From: a virus
Taxonomy: Duplodnaviria > Caudoviricetes
Direction: 5' to 3' (one strand)
Length of the DNA: 64,000 nt
IMG/VR virus record: IMGVR_UViG_2823817231_000001
Span: 20,111 to 84,110 of that record
The translations under genes were made by a program, and so were the position numbers. The notes below the pieces were generated by a model. It made no database searches. It was not told where the DNA came from and worked only from the letters and a program-made list of their open reading frames with translations. Of the stretch, positions 1-7,450 are shown piece by piece (within the stretch, counting starts at the first letter, position 1; each line of letters opens with the position of its first letter).

Positions 1-2
1 CC

Positions 3-146
3 CGCGCCGATCGTCAACAGATGATCAGCGCCATGATGGGGTCCAGCGCGATGCAAACCCCACCCGACGCCGCGCGCGATGCAGGCGCCTTCGACCAAGC
101 AGACCATGCCGCCGCGCAACGGCTGCTCGCAACGCTCTCCGTTTAA
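3..146 (+). CDS. C-terminus of probable head maturation protease (partial)
   Basis: Frame 3 is open to TAA at 144-146 (...AARDAGAFDQADHAAAQRLLATLSV*), directly upstream of the major capsid gene. Confidence 0.55.
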   Translation, partial: RADRQQMISAMMGSSAMQTPPDAARDAGAFDQADHAAAQRLLATLSV

Positions 147-158
147 AGAGGTTCCACC

Positions 159-1436
159 ATGAACATGATGACGCCTATTCGCCGCTTTCGCGGCCCTGCC
201 CTTGTGCGTGCTGAAACGCCCACCCCTGCCGCCACGCTCGATGCCATCAATCGCGCCGTCACCGAAATGCGCGCGAAGTATGATGAAGAACTGGCCGCTG
301 TTCGCAATGGTCAGTCGGATATCGTCCGCACCGAAGAGGTGAACCGCATCAATGCGGCCATCACTGAACTGACCAACACGCTCAATGCGCAGCAGGAAGC
401 GATTGCCGCCGCCGCCGCGCTGGGCGGCAACGGCCGCAATACGCTGAGCGCCGAAGCGCGCCAGCATGCCGAGACCTTTAACCGCTGGTTTCGTCGCGGC
501 GATCAGGCGGCCGAAGCCGCTTTGGGCGATCTTCAGGTGCGTGCAGGCCTGACCACCCAGAGCGATCCCGATGGTGGCTGGCTGATGCCGGAAGAGATGG
601 ACCGCACCATCACGCGTGTTCTGAGTGTGGTTTCGGCGATGCGCGGCCTGTCGCGCGTCATCAGCACGGCTACCGGTGAATATTCCGCGCTGGTGTCGCA
701 GGGCGGCGCGGGCGCCGGTTGGGTCGGCGAAGAAAGCGCCCGCCCGGATACGGGTACGCCGCAGCTGAGCAAGATCGAGCTGGAAACCGGCGAGATCTAT
801 GCCAATCCGGCCGCGACCCAGCGCGTTCTGGATGATGGGTTCATCGACATTGCTCAATGGCTGGCCGATGAAATCTCGATCACCTTTGCCGAACAGGAAG
901 GCGCCGCCTTCATCAGCGGCAATGGCATCAACAAGCCGCGCGGCATCCTCTCCTATACGCCGGTTGCCAATTCCTCCTATGCCTGGGGCAAAGTCGGTTT
1001 CGTCGTCACCGGCGGCGCCGCCGCCTTTGCCGCATCCAGCCCGACCGATGCTCTGATGGATCTCTATTATTCGCTCAAGGCAGGCTATCGCAATGGCGCC
1101 AGCTTCGTCACCAGCGATGCGGTGTTGGGCACCATCCGCAAGTTCAAGGATGGCCAGGGCAACTATATCTGGGCGCCGCCCACTGCCGATATGCCCGGCA
1201 CCATTCTGGGCAAGCCGGTGATGACGGATGACAACATGCCCGCGCTGGGTGCCGGCGCGTTCCCCGTTGCCTTCGGCAATTTCCAGCGCGCCTATACGAT
1301 CGTTGATCGCATGGGCACCCGCGTGTTGCGCGATCCCTATACCGCCAAGCCCTATGTGAAGTTCTACACCACCAAGCGCGTGGGCGGCGGGATCACCAAT
1401 TTCGAGGCGATCAAGCTGCTCAAGTGCTCGACCTGA
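159..1436 (+). CDS. HK97-family major capsid protein
   Basis: Coiled-coil delta domain, DGGWLMPEE, FISGNGINKPRGIL, FGNFQRAYTIVDR, RVGGG motifs. Confidence 0.97.
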   Translation: MNMMTPIRRFRGPALVRAETPTPAATLDAINRAVTEMRAKYDEELAAVRNGQSDIVRTEEVNRINAAITELTNTLNAQQEAIAAAAALGGNGRNTLSAEARQHAETFNRWFRRGDQAAEAALGDLQVRAGLTTQSDPDGGWLMPEEMDRTITRVLSVVSAMRGLSRVISTATGEYSALVSQGGAGAGWVGEESARPDTGTPQLSKIELETGEIYANPAATQRVLDDGFIDIAQWLADEISITFAEQEGAAFISGNGINKPRGILSYTPVANSSYAWGKVGFVVTGGAAAFAASSPTDALMDLYYSLKAGYRNGASFVTSDAVLGTIRKFKDGQGNYIWAPPTADMPGTILGKPVMTDDNMPALGAGAFPVAFGNFQRAYTIVDRMGTRVLRDPYTAKPYVKFYTTKRVGGGITNFEAIKLLKCST

Positions 1437-1525
1437 TCAGCGCCTAGGCGGGTTGTAACTGCATCCCGCCTCCTTCCAGCGCTGGATATGATCCGGCGTT
1501 TCACCAAAATTTGCGGAGAAATCCC

Positions 1526-1963
1526 ATGGAAGACATGCATTCGAACATCGCGCTGGCGGTGGCGATCGCTGCTGCGGCTTATGCGGCGGACAGCACCGCC
1601 GTCACTATCGACCGTCTGGGCTATGATTCGCTGGAAATCGCGCTCAATATCGGTGTTGGTGGCATCACCTTTTCGGGAACGAACAAGATTGAATTTGTTC
1701 TGACCCATTCGGATGATGACAGCACCTATACCGCTGTCGCCGATGCGGACATGCTGGGTGTTTCCGGCATCACCAATGGCATCATCAAGGCTTTGGTCGC
1801 CGCCCATGCCGCAGCGGCCGTCTATCGCTTCGGTTACAAGGGCGGAAAGCGCTACCTCAAGCTGGTCGCCGATTTCAGCGGCACGCATGGTACGGCCACG
1901 CCGATTGCGGCCAGCGCCATTCTTGGCGATCCGGCGCTGGCGCCGGTGGCCAATCAGGCCTGA
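1526..1963 (+). CDS. Probable head decoration/cement protein
   Basis: Beta-rich protein directly after the capsid gene; GGAG RBS before ATG 1526. Confidence 0.6.
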   Translation: MEDMHSNIALAVAIAAAAYAADSTAVTIDRLGYDSLEIALNIGVGGITFSGTNKIEFVLTHSDDDSTYTAVADADMLGVSGITNGIIKALVAAHAAAAVYRFGYKGGKRYLKLVADFSGTHGTATPIAASAILGDPALAPVANQA

Positions 1964-1974
1964 TGCCGGATAAC

Positions 1975-2006
1975 TGGCGGGCCGGGCCATTCCGGCCCGC
2001 CATTTT
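1975..2006 (+). terminator. Rho-independent terminator-like hairpin
   Basis: TGGCGGGCCGG-loop-CCGGCCCGCCA followed by TTTT. Confidence 0.6.
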
Positions 2007-2033
2007 CCCAATCACGATTTTCAGGAGGCGATC

Positions 2034-2585
2034 TTGGGTCTGACACTGGTCACCCCGGCCACCGAAGCGCCGATCACGCGCGATGAGGTGAAGGTGTGGG
2101 CGCGGATCAGCGCGGACAACACCGCCTTCGATGCTGCCATCGATATGGTCATCCCCGGCGTCGTGCGCCAGATCGAGAAATACACCGCCAAGACCATCAG
2201 CGAACAGGTCTGGGAACTGACCCTCGACGGGTTTTGCAGCGTGATCGATCTGCCGCGTGGGCCGGTCACGGCCATCGACAGCTTCACCTATCTGGACAGC
2301 AACGGCACCTCGCGCGACGTGATGGCCAGCACCTATGTCCTCGACCTCACCTGTTCGCCCCAGCGCGTCCTGTTGGAGCCCAATGCGGCTTGGCCGTCCT
2401 ATCAAAACCGCCTGTCGGTCATCACCATCCGGTTTAGGACCAAGATGCTGGACGACATGGCGGCGGCCGACATGAAACAGGCGATGATCATGCTGGCGGC
2501 CTATCGGTTCGACCATCCCGAGGATGGCGCCATTCCGGAGGGCATCCGCGACCTGCTGTCATCCTATCGCGATCTGGTGATCTGA
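2034..2585 (+). CDS. Head-tail connector (adaptor) protein
   Basis: LVTPATEAPITRDEVK...QVWELTLDGF...LPRGPV motifs; TTG start with AGGAGG. Confidence 0.88.
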   Translation: MGLTLVTPATEAPITRDEVKVWARISADNTAFDAAIDMVIPGVVRQIEKYTAKTISEQVWELTLDGFCSVIDLPRGPVTAIDSFTYLDSNGTSRDVMASTYVLDLTCSPQRVLLEPNAAWPSYQNRLSVITIRFRTKMLDDMAAADMKQAMIMLAAYRFDHPEDGAIPEGIRDLLSSYRDLVI

Positions 2586-2938
2586 TGGCGGACTATGGGC
2601 GAAACAGCGGCGCCCTGCGCGACCGTATCCAGCTGCGCCGCATGCAGCTGGTGGACGACGGCAAGGGCGGCCAGACCAAGGCCCCGATCATTTATGCGCA
2701 GCCCTATGCCCGCATCGAGGATCTGGGCGGCCGCGAATCGGTGATCGCCCACGCCTTGCAGGGCATAAAGGCCGTCCGCATCACCATCCGCTGGCAGGAA
2801 GGCGTTTCCGAAGAGGATCAGGTGATCCTGCCCGATGGCTCCGAAGTGACGGTCACCGCGCCGCCCACCGATCCGGATTATCGCCGCCGCTGGCTGGTCA
2901 TCATGGCCAGCAACGAAAGCGTAGTGAGGGCCGAATGA
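2585..2938 (+). CDS. Phage head closure (head-tail joining) protein
   Basis: GALRDRIQL...DDGKGGQ motif; synteny. Confidence 0.85.
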   Translation: MADYGRNSGALRDRIQLRRMQLVDDGKGGQTKAPIIYAQPYARIEDLGGRESVIAHALQGIKAVRITIRWQEGVSEEDQVILPDGSEVTVTAPPTDPDYRRRWLVIMASNESVVRAE

Positions 2939-3423
2939 CCCAGACCGTCGAAAACCTGTCCGCCACACTGTCGTTTCTGGCCTCGGTCGAGCCCGCCGCG
3001 CGGCGCAGGCTGGCGCAGGAGCTGGGTGATCTGGGCGAACAGGCGCTGGCGGTTCAGATGGCCGCCGCGCCGGTCCGCACCGGCCGCCTTCGCGATGCGC
3101 TGACCGTCGCCCAGGCGATCAGCGGCCTGCGCGTCCGCGTGGGCTATCCCGACCTGAAATCCGGCCGCGATCCGCGCTTCTATGCGATCATGCAGGAGGG
3201 CGGGGTCAAAGCGGGCGAAAAGACCGTCACTCGGCTCAACAAGCGCAAGGGCCGCACGGTCCAGAAGGGCCGCGTCAAGGTCTATCCGCGCAGCACCTAT
3301 ATCATGCACTGGCGCGCTCGCGAAGGTCGCCATTTCGTCCATCAGGAAAGCCGCTTCGATCAGCTGCTGATCGCTGTCCAGGATCGCTTCTGGGCCGAAA
3401 CCCTCAATGATGTCGGAGCCTGA
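2935..3423 (+). CDS. HK97 gp10-like tail completion protein
   Basis: APVRTGRLRDAL, FYAIMQEGG motifs; synteny. Confidence 0.8.
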   Translation: MTQTVENLSATLSFLASVEPAARRRLAQELGDLGEQALAVQMAAAPVRTGRLRDALTVAQAISGLRVRVGYPDLKSGRDPRFYAIMQEGGVKAGEKTVTRLNKRKGRTVQKGRVKVYPRSTYIMHWRAREGRHFVHQESRFDQLLIAVQDRFWAETLNDVGA

Positions 3424-3425
3424 CC

Positions 3426-3866
3426 TTGGCCGAAGATGTTGACCTTCTGACCCCGTCGCAGGACGCGCTGTTCGCCGCGCTGGCGCCGCTGGCGGGCGCG
3501 GCGGATCGGCCGGATGATCTGTCCCCCGATCTGGCCCAGCTTCAGGTGTTTCAGCATCTGCCCGAAAACACCCAGCCACCCTATATCCTGATCGGCACCA
3601 TCGAGGCCGATGATTTCGCAAGCCGCGATGAACAGGCCAGCACGATTAAGGCCGAGGTCATCACCGTTTGGCGCGGCAACCGCCGCCGCGAACTGCTCTG
3701 GATGATGTGGCAGGTTCGCCGCCGCCTGAATTATCAGCGCATCGCCGCCGATGGCGCCGCCTTCAACCGCCCGCAGATCGAGAAGGAAATCGCCAGCGAG
3801 GCCATTGCCGACGGCGTGACCTACACCGGCCTGTCCACCTTCACTTTCACCGCTCAACCTGCCTGA
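3426..3866 (+). CDS. Tail terminator (DUF3168-like)
   Basis: VFQHLPENTQPPYILIG motif; position before tail tube. Confidence 0.8.
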   Translation: MAEDVDLLTPSQDALFAALAPLAGAADRPDDLSPDLAQLQVFQHLPENTQPPYILIGTIEADDFASRDEQASTIKAEVITVWRGNRRRELLWMMWQVRRRLNYQRIAADGAAFNRPQIEKEIASEAIADGVTYTGLSTFTFTAQPA

Positions 3867-3876
3867 GGAGGGCATT

Positions 3877-4317
3877 ATGACTGCTATCCACCAACTTGGT
3901 AAAGACTATCGCGTCAAGATTTCGGACGGCGCCGGTACGCCCGCATTCCTGACCATCGCAGGCGAACAGAAGGTCAGCCGCAAATCCAGCAGCGACGCCA
4001 TCGACACCAGCTCGAAGGACGACGGCGCCTATAAGACCGGCACCTATGGCCAAAAGACCATCTCCCTGTCGGTCAACGGCATCACCAAGATCCCCGATCC
4101 GGGCTATACCCGTCTGTATGCCGTGCAGAAGCTGGCCCTGCCCGAGGTCGAGGTTCAGCTGGTCAACACCATCACCGATGAAGTGGTGTTTCAGGCCGTC
4201 ATGGGCGTCGGCAATTTCGCCGATGATTACGACCAGAAGACCGGCGCGACCTGGAGCCCCGATCTGACGCTGGCCGCTGCGCCCACCATCGATATCGTGC
4301 CGACTGGGAGCGACTAA
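3877..4317 (+). CDS. Tail tube (major tail) protein
   Basis: IDTSSKDDG...SLSVNG motifs; GAGGAGG RBS. Confidence 0.88.
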   Translation: MTAIHQLGKDYRVKISDGAGTPAFLTIAGEQKVSRKSSSDAIDTSSKDDGAYKTGTYGQKTISLSVNGITKIPDPGYTRLYAVQKLALPEVEVQLVNTITDEVVFQAVMGVGNFADDYDQKTGATWSPDLTLAAAPTIDIVPTGSD

Positions 4318-4733
4318 TGGCAGTCAATCGTAAACCTCGGGCCGGGCGTTCTGCCCGGCCGAAGGCCAATCCCGTTCGCGGCGAGGCCACCCTCACCCTT
4401 GCCGGGGTCGAATATGTCCTTCGCCCCACATCGGAAGCCGCCTTTGCCATCGAGGAGGAACTGGGCGGCAGCATGTTGCTGCTGGTCCAGCGCGCGGGCT
4501 CGGTGGCGCTCAGCTATCGCGAGCTGGGGACCATCGCGGGGGCCTTTATCCGCGCGGGCGCCGCGCCGGATGACAAGCTGACCGCCAACATCAATGATGA
4601 TGCGCTGGCCGACCTGATCTATGCCGAGGGTCAGGTAAAGGTTCTGGGCATCCTGTCCGCCGTGATGGCCAATGTCGTGAACGGCGGATACACCCCGCAG
4701 GGGGAGCCGCGCGCGGTGGCGGAGACCCCGTAG
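4317..4733 (+). CDS. Tail assembly chaperone (GTA gp10-like, gpG analogue)
   Basis: ANPVRGEATLTL...LRPT...IEEELG motif. Confidence 0.85.
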   Translation: MAVNRKPRAGRSARPKANPVRGEATLTLAGVEYVLRPTSEAAFAIEEELGGSMLLLVQRAGSVALSYRELGTIAGAFIRAGAAPDDKLTANINDDALADLIYAEGQVKVLGILSAVMANVVNGGYTPQGEPRAVAETP

Positions 4734-4753
4734 AGGGCCATGCCCGCTACCGC

Positions 4754-4882
4754 ATGCTGATGGGCGTCATGATGGACGCCTTTGGGTGGAGCGCGGATCA
4801 GTTCTGGCGATCCACGCCCCATGAAATCTGGGCCATGATCGAGGCGCGGCAAAGGGCGAATGCGCGGATCAATCAGGAGTGA
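4754..4882 (+). CDS. Tail assembly chaperone second part (gpT analogue), likely reached by -1 frameshift at G-GGG-GAG 4700-4706
   Basis: MLMGVMMDAFGWSADQFWRSTPHEIWAMIEARQRANARINQE*; -1 frame is open from 4700 to 4882. Confidence 0.75.
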   Translation: MLMGVMMDAFGWSADQFWRSTPHEIWAMIEARQRANARINQE

Positions 4883-4885
4883 TCG

Positions 4886-5239
4886 TCATGATGCATCTTG
4901 CTCACCATCCAGACCAGCTGATGTTGCAACGGCATCAGCGACAGATCGAAGACTTGCAGCTAGCTGTTTCGCTGCTTTCGTCTCAACTTCGGCATATGGA
5001 GTGTTCGATGCGAGGCCGTGAACCTTCTCCGTCCAGAAGAACGAATTACTGTCCAGCGGCCCACCGTCCTTCACTCGCCCGGTGATATAAAACGTTACGC
5101 CAAAATATTCTGGTATTTCAGGCGTCCCGATAACATTGACCGTGGTATTGCCTTCTGTTGTTGAAGTGGTCGGAACTTCATCAACCTTGTTGAAATATTG
5201 AACTGAACCATAGCCCACAATCACTTCAAGGTCGCTCAT
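4886..5239 (-). CDS. Hypothetical moron protein
   Basis: Lower GC, antisense to the tail operon, GGAGGG RBS. Confidence 0.65.
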   Translation of the reverse strand: MSDLEVIVGYGSVQYFNKVDEVPTTSTTEGNTTVNVIGTPEIPEYFGVTFYITGRVKDGGPLDSNSFFWTEKVHGLASNTPYAEVETKAAKQLAASLRSVADAVATSAGLDGEQDAS

Positions 5240-5277
5240 AAACCCTCCGAATCGTTGAAGGGCTTACGGTGGTCTAC

Positions 5278-5466
5278 CTATTCGGATGAGTCCAGAGAGG
5301 CGCGCAGGATGCGGCGGATGGCTTCGGGGCGGGTCAGGGGTTCGCTCTGGGCGGCGATATAGGCGTCGAGGGCAGCCAACTCCTCGGGCGGAAACCGCGT
5401 GTTGACTGGCGTAGCATCGACCTTCGGTCGTCCTCGCGGTTTTCTAGCGCTGGGTAATGTTGACAT
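5278..5466 (-). CDS. CopG/Arc-like ribbon-helix-helix regulator
   Basis: RGRPKVDATPVNTRFPPEELAALDAYI...RPEAIRRIL. Confidence 0.8.
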   Translation of the reverse strand: MSTLPSARKPRGRPKVDATPVNTRFPPEELAALDAYIAAQSEPLTRPEAIRRILRASLDSSE

Positions 5467-5482
5467 AGGCATTTTCTAGCGC
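5440..5482. promoter_or_regulatory. Direct repeats TTTTCTAGCGC (putative RHH operators) around a TTGACA -35
   Basis: TTTTCTAGCGC at 5440-5450 and 5472-5482; TTGACA at 5460. Confidence 0.55.
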
Positions 5483-5558
5483 CATATAAGGCGGGCGGCA
5501 AGAGAGATTGAGCCCTCTCCGCCGCCCTAACCGCAACGTGCTTTACAGGAGCAACGTC

Positions 5559-6002
5559 ATGGCTGATGCCGCCTATAACAGCGGATCGCACCCCCGTGCG
5601 ACCGGAAAATGCAACGAAAATTCCAGCGCCTTCATCGCCGCCCTTCTGGCGCCCCTGCCCGAGGGCGAAGAACCGGCGGCAAGCAAGACCTGGCTGCGCC
5701 GGCTCGATACCGATGCGCGCATCATGTGGCAAATGGGCATGGAAGAAGTGGAACATGCGCGGGCGCATTGCATTGTGGATGACGAAAGGCTGCGTCGGTT
5801 GAAGATTCTGCGCGACAGCGCCAGCTTTGCCGTGCTGGGTGCATGGAATGCCGCGATTGATCGGCAATGCTGCATTCCGGCGCCGGGCATTATGGCCCTA
5901 CGCTGGAAAAGGCGCCAACTGCGTTTCAGCAAGCTGTCCGATGCTGCCCTTGCCCAGATCGCCGCCGATGAAGCCCGTATGGCCGCAAAGGTGGCCGCAT
6001 GA
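5559..6002 (+). CDS. Hypothetical protein
   Basis: AGGAG RBS; ATGA-coupled to the Rha gene. Confidence 0.7.
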   Translation: MADAAYNSGSHPRATGKCNENSSAFIAALLAPLPEGEEPAASKTWLRRLDTDARIMWQMGMEEVEHARAHCIVDDERLRRLKILRDSASFAVLGAWNAAIDRQCCIPAPGIMALRWKRRQLRFSKLSDAALAQIAADEARMAAKVAA

Positions 6003-6772
6003 ACGCGCTGGTGCGGATCGAGGCGGATCGCGTCGTGGCCGATAGCCGCGACGTGGCGGCGGACTTTGGCAAGCAGCATGCGCATGTTTTGCGCGCCATT
6101 GATACGAAGATCAAAACCAAGCCGGATCTTGCATCCAATTTTGGATGCAAGATGTTTCAGATCGACGCGGGCAAAGGCGCCCGGCGCTCTGCCCGTTGCT
6201 ACGATATGGACCGCAAGGGCTTCATGCTTCTGGTAATGGGCTTCTCCGGGAAAAAGGCGCTCGATATTCAAGCGTGCTGGATCGATGCATTTGACCGCAT
6301 GGAGCAGCAGCTCCAGCGCGCACTGGAAGTCAGCAATGATGAAGGTGAAATTGAGCCTGTCGAAGCGATGGCGTCGCTGCCCGTCGATTTCCGCGACCGC
6401 CTCCGTTTTGTCTCCGAAGCTCGCCTACTGGGCGGAAAGGAGGCCGGGCGGCGGGCATGGCGGGTGATGGAATTTCCAGACGTGTTTGTCCCTGAGGCGC
6501 TGCTTAAGACCTTTAAGGAAACGCACCGGCTAATCTCGCAGAAGGCGGAAGATGCCGGGATCGCAGATTGGGCCAGAGAGCGGCTTGCAGTGGCAGAGGG
6601 ATACCGTGCCCGCCTTGGTATATTCTACGCCGATTATGATGATTGGCATAGAACACACCGGGGCGGAGGTGCGCCGGTCAGCATCGTGACCTTTGGTAAG
6701 GCGGTAAAGGGGTTGGGCCTGCGAACCTATCGGTCGGATGGGTCCTATTTAGCTGGTTGGATGTTGGCTTAA
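5999..6772 (+). CDS. Rha-family regulator/antirepressor
   Basis: ADSRDVAADFGKQHAHVLRAI...YDMDRKGFMLLVMGFSGKKA...WIDAFDRME. Confidence 0.92.
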   Translation: MNALVRIEADRVVADSRDVAADFGKQHAHVLRAIDTKIKTKPDLASNFGCKMFQIDAGKGARRSARCYDMDRKGFMLLVMGFSGKKALDIQACWIDAFDRMEQQLQRALEVSNDEGEIEPVEAMASLPVDFRDRLRFVSEARLLGGKEAGRRAWRVMEFPDVFVPEALLKTFKETHRLISQKAEDAGIADWARERLAVAEGYRARLGIFYADYDDWHRTHRGGGAPVSIVTFGKAVKGLGLRTYRSDGSYLAGWMLA

Positions 6773-6777
6773 ATTGA

Positions 6778-7368
6778 CTACTTATCGGTTATTAGTGTCT
6801 TCGCGTAGTTCGTTCGCAGAATTGCAGCCGCAACAATTGTTCCGGTAATAGTAATGCTCTGGTAGTCTCCAAATCTATCATACAAGCGAAACTGCCAGCC
6901 ATCTTCGGAGCAAACCTTTGCTTGATCTGCTGATACCTTTAAAACTCGCTCAGGTATTTCAAATGTCAGGTCTTCGGAAATAGTGCATCGTCTATAGGCG
7001 CCGCACGACAAAACGGATGTGTCCAATTTGTTTACACGGAGTGAGATTGGATTATCGCCATCCATATAGGCAGCCGTCGAATAATCGCGATGCTCGCCAT
7101 CATATATGGCACGAACATAAATTTGATAATCTATACTTTTATTTTTACGTGACACAAAACTTCGAATGATAGCATAACTTGAAAATGCATCTTTTGAAGT
7201 AAATGGTCCGAACTGCAATTTCAAGGCGGGCTGAAATGGATCGTCTTGAATGTCTACAACTGATGCTATTTCCTCTGGCGTTTTTGACAGCAACTCGCGG
7301 TCTTTTTTGGACAGCCCCTTCAAGTCGCATTGGGCGGCAAGTGCTAAGATTAAAGGTGCGAGAATCAT
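6778..7368 (-). CDS. Exported/lipoprotein-like moron protein
   Basis: MILAPLILALAAQC signal peptide; low GC; AAGGAGG RBS. Confidence 0.7.
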   Translation of the reverse strand: MILAPLILALAAQCDLKGLSKKDRELLSKTPEEIASVVDIQDDPFQPALKLQFGPFTSKDAFSSYAIIRSFVSRKNKSIDYQIYVRAIYDGEHRDYSTAAYMDGDNPISLRVNKLDTSVLSCGAYRRCTISEDLTFEIPERVLKVSADQAKVCSEDGWQFRLYDRFGDYQSITITGTIVAAAILRTNYAKTLITDK

Positions 7369-7410
7369 AAAGCCCTCCTTATCGGAAGGTATTTTTACAT
7401 AGTGTACCCA

Positions 7411-7435
7411 GCCCCGCCAACCGGCGGGGTTTTTT
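7411..7435 (+). terminator. Terminator-like hairpin
   Basis: CCCCGCC-aacc-GGCGGGG-TTTTTT. Confidence 0.65.
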
Positions 7436-7450
7436 ATTGGAGCAAAGCCC

